DNA of 64,000 nucleotides from a bacterium (GTDB lineage: Bacteria; UBA8248). The position numbers and the translations under genes were made by a program. Under the pieces are notes generated by a model. That model ran no database searches. It saw only the letters and a program-made list of their open reading frames with translations, and was not told the DNA's origin. The stretch lies in contig OZ241326.1 in the NCBI GenBank assembly GCA_965199855.1, positions 544,001 to 608,000 of the forward strand, written 5' to 3'. Positions 59,396 to 64,000 of this stretch are shown piece by piece (the stretch's first letter is position 1; every line of letters begins with the position of its first letter).

Positions 59396-60571
59396 CTACA
59401 AATGCTTCATGGCGCGAACGCGCTGGGCCTGGTTGGTGCCGGCGGAGTGGAGGAAGCTGATGACGTCGCGCAGGTATTTCTCCATCGGCGCGTCCGTCGC
59501 GCAGCCCGCTCCGCCCCAGACCTCGAGAGCCCGGGAGGCGATGCGGCATCCGGCCTCGGAGGCGAACGCCTTGGCCATGTAGCCGAGCTTGGGGTCGTAG
59601 CCCTCCCGCATGGCGCGCCACGCGGCGTAGTGCAGGGTTCGCCGCGCGGCCTGGTATTCGATGAAGCAGTCCGCCAGCATGAAGCCCGCGCCCTGATGCT
59701 CGATGAGGGGCTTTCCGTCCTGAACCCTGGCTTTGGCGAACTCCAGCGCGTCCTCGTAGGCGGCGCGGGCGGGCCCCAGGGCCGTGGCGGCGGATTCGAT
59801 GACGGAGCCGCGCGAGAAGGGCCCCGAGCGCGCCGCCGCGCCCCCGCCCACCGGCGTGACGCGGCACGCGTCCGGCACGCGGCAGTCCTCGAAGAGGAGC
59901 TCGGCGTTTTGCGAGAGGCGCTGGCCCATCTTCTCGTGAATCCGCCCGATGGAGAAGCCCGCCATGTCCGGCGTCGCCATGAAGTAGGTGACGCCGCGCG
60001 AGGCGGCGACGCCCGGGTCCGTGCGGCAGACGATCACGTAGAGGCTGGCGACGCCCGCGTTGCTGATGTAGCGCTTCGTTCCGTTCAGAATCCAGTCCTC
60101 CCCGTCCCGGACGGCGCGCGTCTGGACGCCCAGCCCGGGGGCTTCTTCGGGGATGAAGTTCTCCGAGCCCGCCTCCGGCTCCGTCATCCCGACGGCGAGG
60201 TGGAAGCGGTGGTCGGCCAGAAACGCGGGCAGGAACCGCGCGCGCTGCGCCTCGCTCCAGACGGAGTCGAGAAAATGAATCACCTTCCAGGTCTGATCGA
60301 AGGTCACGGCCACGCCCAGGTCTCCCCAGCCGATCTCCTCCCCGACGACGCAGAGCGTCAGGATGTCGGCGCCGCCGCCGCCCCTCTCCTCGGGAACCGA
60401 GAGCGTTCTCAGGCCGAGCCTGCTTCCCGCCTCCAGGATGTCCCAGGGGAATCGCTCCCGCGGGTCCGCGATCCGCTCGCGTTCGAGGACGCGGGGCCGC
60501 AGCTCGCTTTTCGCGTAGCCGCGCGCGAGCCGCTGCAGCTCGAGCTGGGCCTTGGTGAGGCTCAGGTCCAT
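59396..60571 (-). CDS. Acyl-CoA dehydrogenase family protein
   Basis: VGMTEPEAGS, LNGTKRYISN, KMGQR, R.QDGKP, WGGAG, EKYLRD. Confidence 0.92.
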   Translation of the reverse strand: MDLSLTKAQLELQRLARGYAKSELRPRVLERERIADPRERFPWDILEAGSRLGLRTLSVPEERGGGGADILTLCVVGEEIGWGDLGVAVTFDQTWKVIHFLDSVWSEAQRARFLPAFLADHRFHLAVGMTEPEAGSENFIPEEAPGLGVQTRAVRDGEDWILNGTKRYISNAGVASLYVIVCRTDPGVAASRGVTYFMATPDMAGFSIGRIHEKMGQRLSQNAELLFEDCRVPDACRVTPVGGGAAARSGPFSRGSVIESAATALGPARAAYEDALEFAKARVQDGKPLIEHQGAGFMLADCFIEYQAARRTLHYAAWRAMREGYDPKLGYMAKAFASEAGCRIASRALEVWGGAGCATDAPMEKYLRDVISFLHSAGTNQAQRVRAMKHL

Positions 60572-60582
60572 CGCGCGCGCCC

Positions 60583-61616
60583 TCAGTCCATCACGATGGC
60601 CGCGCGGCCGGTGACGCTTCCCGCCTCCAGGCGCTCGTGAACCTTTTCGGCCTCCTCCAGCCGGTAGGTTTCCGTGACCAGGGGCCAGACCTCTCCGCGC
60701 TCGCAAAGCGCCAGCGACTCGACGATCTCCTGCTTCGTGAAGGAGCGGCTGCCCATGACCTCCAGCTCCCCGTTCAGGAGGCGGCCGGCCGAGAGGCGGA
60801 ACGGCCTGGGCGTGAAGCCGCCCAGCGTCACCAGGCGCCCCCCCTTGCCGAGGGATTCGGCCGCGGCCTCGAGGGTCGCCTCCTGCGAGACGAAATCGAC
60901 GGCCACGTCCACGCCCGCTCCGTTCGTGAGTTCGAGAAGGGCTTCCGCGAGGCCGTCCCTCGAGGCGTCAACCGCCGCTTCCGCCCCGATTTCCCTGCAC
61001 TTGACGAGCTTCTCCGCGGAGACGTCCACGGCGATGACGCGCGCGTTCGCCCAGCGGGCGAGCATCACCATGTGCGCCCCCACGCCTCCGCCCGCGCCGA
61101 TGACGGCGACGGTCTCCATCGGCGCGATGCGCGCGCGGCGCACCACCTTGTAGGGGGTGACGACGGCGTCGCAGATGACGGCGACCTCCGCCGGATGCGC
61201 CCGGTGGTCCAGCCCTTCGGGCACGCGGATGTAGTTCCGCGCGGGCAGGTGACGTATTCCGCGTAGCCGCCGTCGCGGTGCCTGCCGACGAAGCCGGCCA
61301 TGTCGTCGCAGAGAGGCTCCCGGTTCACCCGGCACCAGCGGCACCGCCCGCACGTCAGGTAGCAGTGAAAGGTGACGATGTCGCCCGCCTTCACGCTCTC
61401 GACCCCCCGGCCCGTCTCGACGATTTCGCCCGCCACCTCGTGGCCGATGATGACGGGGTAGTCCGCCTCGACGCGGCCCGCGCGCGCGTGGTGAACCGTG
61501 AGGCCCGCGCCGCAGGCGAGGACGCGCGCCACGGCCTCGCCCGCCCCGGGCGTCGGGTCGGGGACGTCCTCGAAGGAAAAAGGCGCGCCCTTCTCCCTCA
61601 GCACCATGGCCTTCAT
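60583..61616 (-). pseudogene. Zinc-binding alcohol dehydrogenase, frameshifted near 61248 (real or assembly error)
   Basis: MKAMV, GHEVAG, CGRCRWC...C, GAGGGVG. Adding one G to GG at 61248-61249 restores GGYAEYVTLPARNY. Confidence 0.8.
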
Positions 61617-61638
61617 GGGGATATCTCCTTCCGGTGCC

Positions 61639-62550
61639 TCACGCTCCCTCCAGGGCGGCGAGGGACTTCGCGGCCCAGTCGCAGCCCACCTGGCTCGCCC
61701 ACAGGTCCATCAGTTTCTGGGTGACGGGGCCGGGCGCGCCGCGCGCCATCCTCGTCCCGTCGATGGAGGAAACCGGAAGGATGCAGATGCTGTTTCCGGT
61801 GTGGAAGGCCTCGTCCGCCACCAGCAGATCGTAGCGCGTGAGGTTCGCCTCCCGCACCGGGACGCCGAGCTCCTTCGCCATGTCGATGACGTGGGCGCGC
61901 GTGACGCCGGCCAGGCAGTTTCTCTCCGTGGGCGTGAGCAGCTCCCCGTCCCGCACGAAGAAGCAGTTGTAGCTCGGCCCCTCGGCGACGAAGCCGCTCA
62001 CGTCGAGCATGATGGCCCAGGCGTCCGCCTCCTGCGCCTGAAACTCGGCCTGGACGTGGTTCATCTTGTTGCCCACCTTGGCGCGCGGCTCGACGCACTC
62101 GGGCGGAATGCGGCGCACGCCGGAGACGATCGAGCGCACCCCCTCCCTGTAGCCGCGGGCGAAGCGCGAATAGTCCATCGGCAGGGTGAAGATGACCACG
62201 GTGTGCGCCCCGCGCGTGTGGGTGGCGGAGGAGCTGACGCCGCCGCCCCGGGTGACCCAGTGGTTGACGCGGAACTCCTCCCCCTCGCCATACGCGGAGC
62301 GGTTGCGCTCGATGAGCTCCATCGTGAGGGCTTCCATTTCGTCCGCGCTCATGCCGGGGTCGAGCCGCGCGTATCGGCAGGAGAGATAGAGCCTGTCGAT
62401 GTGCGACCGGAGCCGCCAGGGGCGGCCGTTGAAGGTGCGCGAAGCGTCATACACGCTGTCGCCGTAGAGAAAGCCGCGGTCCAGGATGGAGACGCTCGCT
62501 TCGGATTCCGGGACGAAGCGGCCTTTGACGCAGGCGATTCTCTCGCTCAT
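61639..62550 (-). CDS. Aminotransferase class IV (IlvE/Dat-like)
   Basis: DRGFLYGDSVYD, HIDRL, AK (PLP Lys), EGPSYN, LAGVTR; start 62550 or 62577. Confidence 0.9.
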   Translation of the reverse strand: MSERIACVKGRFVPESEASVSILDRGFLYGDSVYDASRTFNGRPWRLRSHIDRLYLSCRYARLDPGMSADEMEALTMELIERNRSAYGEGEEFRVNHWVTRGGGVSSSATHTRGAHTVVIFTLPMDYSRFARGYREGVRSIVSGVRRIPPECVEPRAKVGNKMNHVQAEFQAQEADAWAIMLDVSGFVAEGPSYNCFFVRDGELLTPTERNCLAGVTRAHVIDMAKELGVPVREANLTRYDLLVADEAFHTGNSICILPVSSIDGTRMARGAPGPVTQKLMDLWASQVGCDWAAKSLAALEGA

Positions 62551-62626
62551 GGGCAGGTTCTCCTCGCTTTTCGCCATCCTATCACCGATCGCGCGGGCGC
62601 GCATCATCCGGCGAGGGAGGCGCGCC

Positions 62627-62700
62627 ACCGGGGGGAGGGGAAATCGGGAACGAAGCGGAGTCGTCAAAAGGTCGGGAAAAGGCCGTGAATTTGTCGAAAT
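62627..62700 (+). repeat. Partial third copy of the modular repeat
   Basis: GGGGGGAGGGGAAATCGGG...TCAAAAGGTCGGGAAAAGGCCGTGAATTTGTCGAAAT resembles revcomp 18511-18642 and 33531-33610. Confidence 0.55.
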
Positions 62701-62793
62701 TCGCAGGCTTCGTCCGGGCGGCGGCGCCGGCCTGAACGAGGGATGAAAAAGGGATACAATCTCCCGCCCGCGAGAGAGAGGGAGGAGACCGCG

Positions 62794-64000
62794 TTGCCCG
62801 GAGAAGGCAGAGCCATCGAGGAGACGTTCAACCAGGCGCTGGGCGCGGCGCTGCGGGAGGCCGCCGCGCGCTGGCGGGCCGCGCCGGACGCCGTCCGGGT
62901 GGAGGAGACGCGGACGCTGGCGGGCAGGGGCGCGCGCGGCATGCGGCCGGACATTCTGGTTGTCGAGAAGGGGGCGCCGCCGGTGGTGGTCGAATGCTCC
63001 TTCGACGGCGCGGACGCCGACGCGGACGCAATCGCGCGCCTGGGGCGCAGAACGGCGCAGGGGGGTCTCGAAATCAAGACGGCGGTCGCCGCGCGCATTC
63101 CGCCCGCGAACCGTCTGCGCTCCCAGGCGGAAATCCGCCGCGCTCTGGCCGGCGGCGAGCTCATCCACTACGCCCTGCACCAGAAAATCGCCGACGGGGA
63201 CGCCGCGCGGCGGCGCTGGCCATTGAGGGGCTTTCTGGCGGGCCGCGTCCATGACCTGGCGGCGCTGCTTCCGGCGGCGGCGCTGCCGAGGGAGGACGTG
63301 GAGGAGGTCGCCCGCGAGGTCGCCGAACTGGTGGATCAGGCGGCGGGCAGGCTCGAATGGGCGCTGTCCGAGGCGCGGCAGCTGGAAATCGCCGAGCGGG
63401 TTCACCAGCGAACCCCGCTCAAGGGCCTGCGGACGACGATGGTGCTGTGGCTCAACGCGCTCGCCACCCAGCAGCGGCTGAGCATTCAGGGGGTGGAGAG
63501 CGTCCCGCCCCTGGAGTTCGGCGGGGCGGAGCTGCCCGCGCCCTCGGAGCTGGCGGCGGTCTGGCGCGCCGTTCTGGAGGAGAACTGGCGGTCGATCTTC
63601 GAGCCGGCCGTTCGCGTCCTGGAGAAGGCGGGCGGCGTCCATCCCCGCGCGGCGGGCGAGGCGCTGGCGCTGCTCCTTCGGGCGGTGGAGAGGATCGAGC
63701 TGGCGCGGCTGGGCCCCCGCATCAACGTAGGCGCCGAGCTGTTCCCGAAGCTGAGCGACGACAGGAAGACGGCGGCGGCGTTCTACACCCAGCCGGCCGC
63801 CGCCGAGCTGCTCGCCGGCCTGGTCATCCGCCCCGACGCGCTGACGGCGGACGAATGGGCGTCGCCGGAGATATTCCGCGGGCGGCGGCTGGCGGATCTG
63901 GCCTGCGGGACGGGGACGCTGCTGCGGGCGGGCTACGCCCGCGTCGCCGCCCTGCACGAACGCGCCGGGGGCACGGTCGAGAGCGCCGCCGCGCTGCACC
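62794..64000 (+). CDS. Type IIG-like fused restriction endonuclease-methyltransferase, 3' truncated by window (not in ORF track)
   Basis: GGAGGAG RBS, TTG start, open to window end: RPDILV...VVVECS, AAFYTQP (motif X), ADLACGTGTLL (motif I). Confidence 0.82.
   Translation, partial: MPGEGRAIEETFNQALGAALREAAARWRAAPDAVRVEETRTLAGRGARGMRPDILVVEKGAPPVVVECSFDGADADADAIARLGRRTAQGGLEIKTAVAARIPPANRLRSQAEIRRALAGGELIHYALHQKIADGDAARRRWPLRGFLAGRVHDLAALLPAAALPREDVEEVAREVAELVDQAAGRLEWALSEARQLEIAERVHQRTPLKGLRTTMVLWLNALATQQRLSIQGVESVPPLEFGGAELPAPSELAAVWRAVLEENWRSIFEPAVRVLEKAGGVHPRAAGEALALLLRAVERIELARLGPRINVGAELFPKLSDDRKTAAAFYTQPAAAELLAGLVIRPDALTADEWASPEIFRGRRLADLACGTGTLLRAGYARVAALHERAGGTVESAAALH

Noticed and set aside
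61639-63999. 786-aa ORF as a fused aminotransferase
   Set aside because: The N-terminal ~480 aa are the antisense of the + strand RM gene; the real gene starts near 62550.

Overview
High-GC bacterial chromosome window, probably from a Gram-negative lineage (BON lipoprotein, tripartite tricarboxylate transporters). It also carries several traits best known from Actinobacteria: DUF3151, PAC2, an F420-type LLM enzyme, and HAIR-like and GlnR-box-like sites. Metabolic content: a W/Mo aldehyde oxidoreductase cluster, glyA, two amidases, three LLM oxidoreductases, a xanthine-dehydrogenase-family large subunit, ggt, a ~14 kb transport/catabolic cluster (TTT, branched-chain-type ABC, LLM, transglutaminase-like protein, ALDH, second TTT), hsp20, a complete urtABCDE-ureABCEFGD operon, a Baeyer-Villiger monooxygenase and a minus-strand aminotransferase/ADH/ACAD/ketopantoate-reductase-like operon. 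Four DNA-methyltransferase loci are interspersed: an orphan MTase; an REase(nonsense)-MTase pair between 73-bp direct repeats; a low-GC island encoding a small protein, a GHKL/MORC-like ATPase and an N4/N6 MTase; and a fused type IIG-like gene running off the right end that is missing from the ORF track. The best novelty candidates are the GHKL-MTase island, which has no recognisable nuclease, and a family of modular non-coding repeats that brackets the catabolic cluster in inverted orientation and lies upstream of two RM loci. No rRNA, tRNA, CRISPR array, integrase or transposase was seen. All family assignments come from motif recognition by eye, not from database searches.
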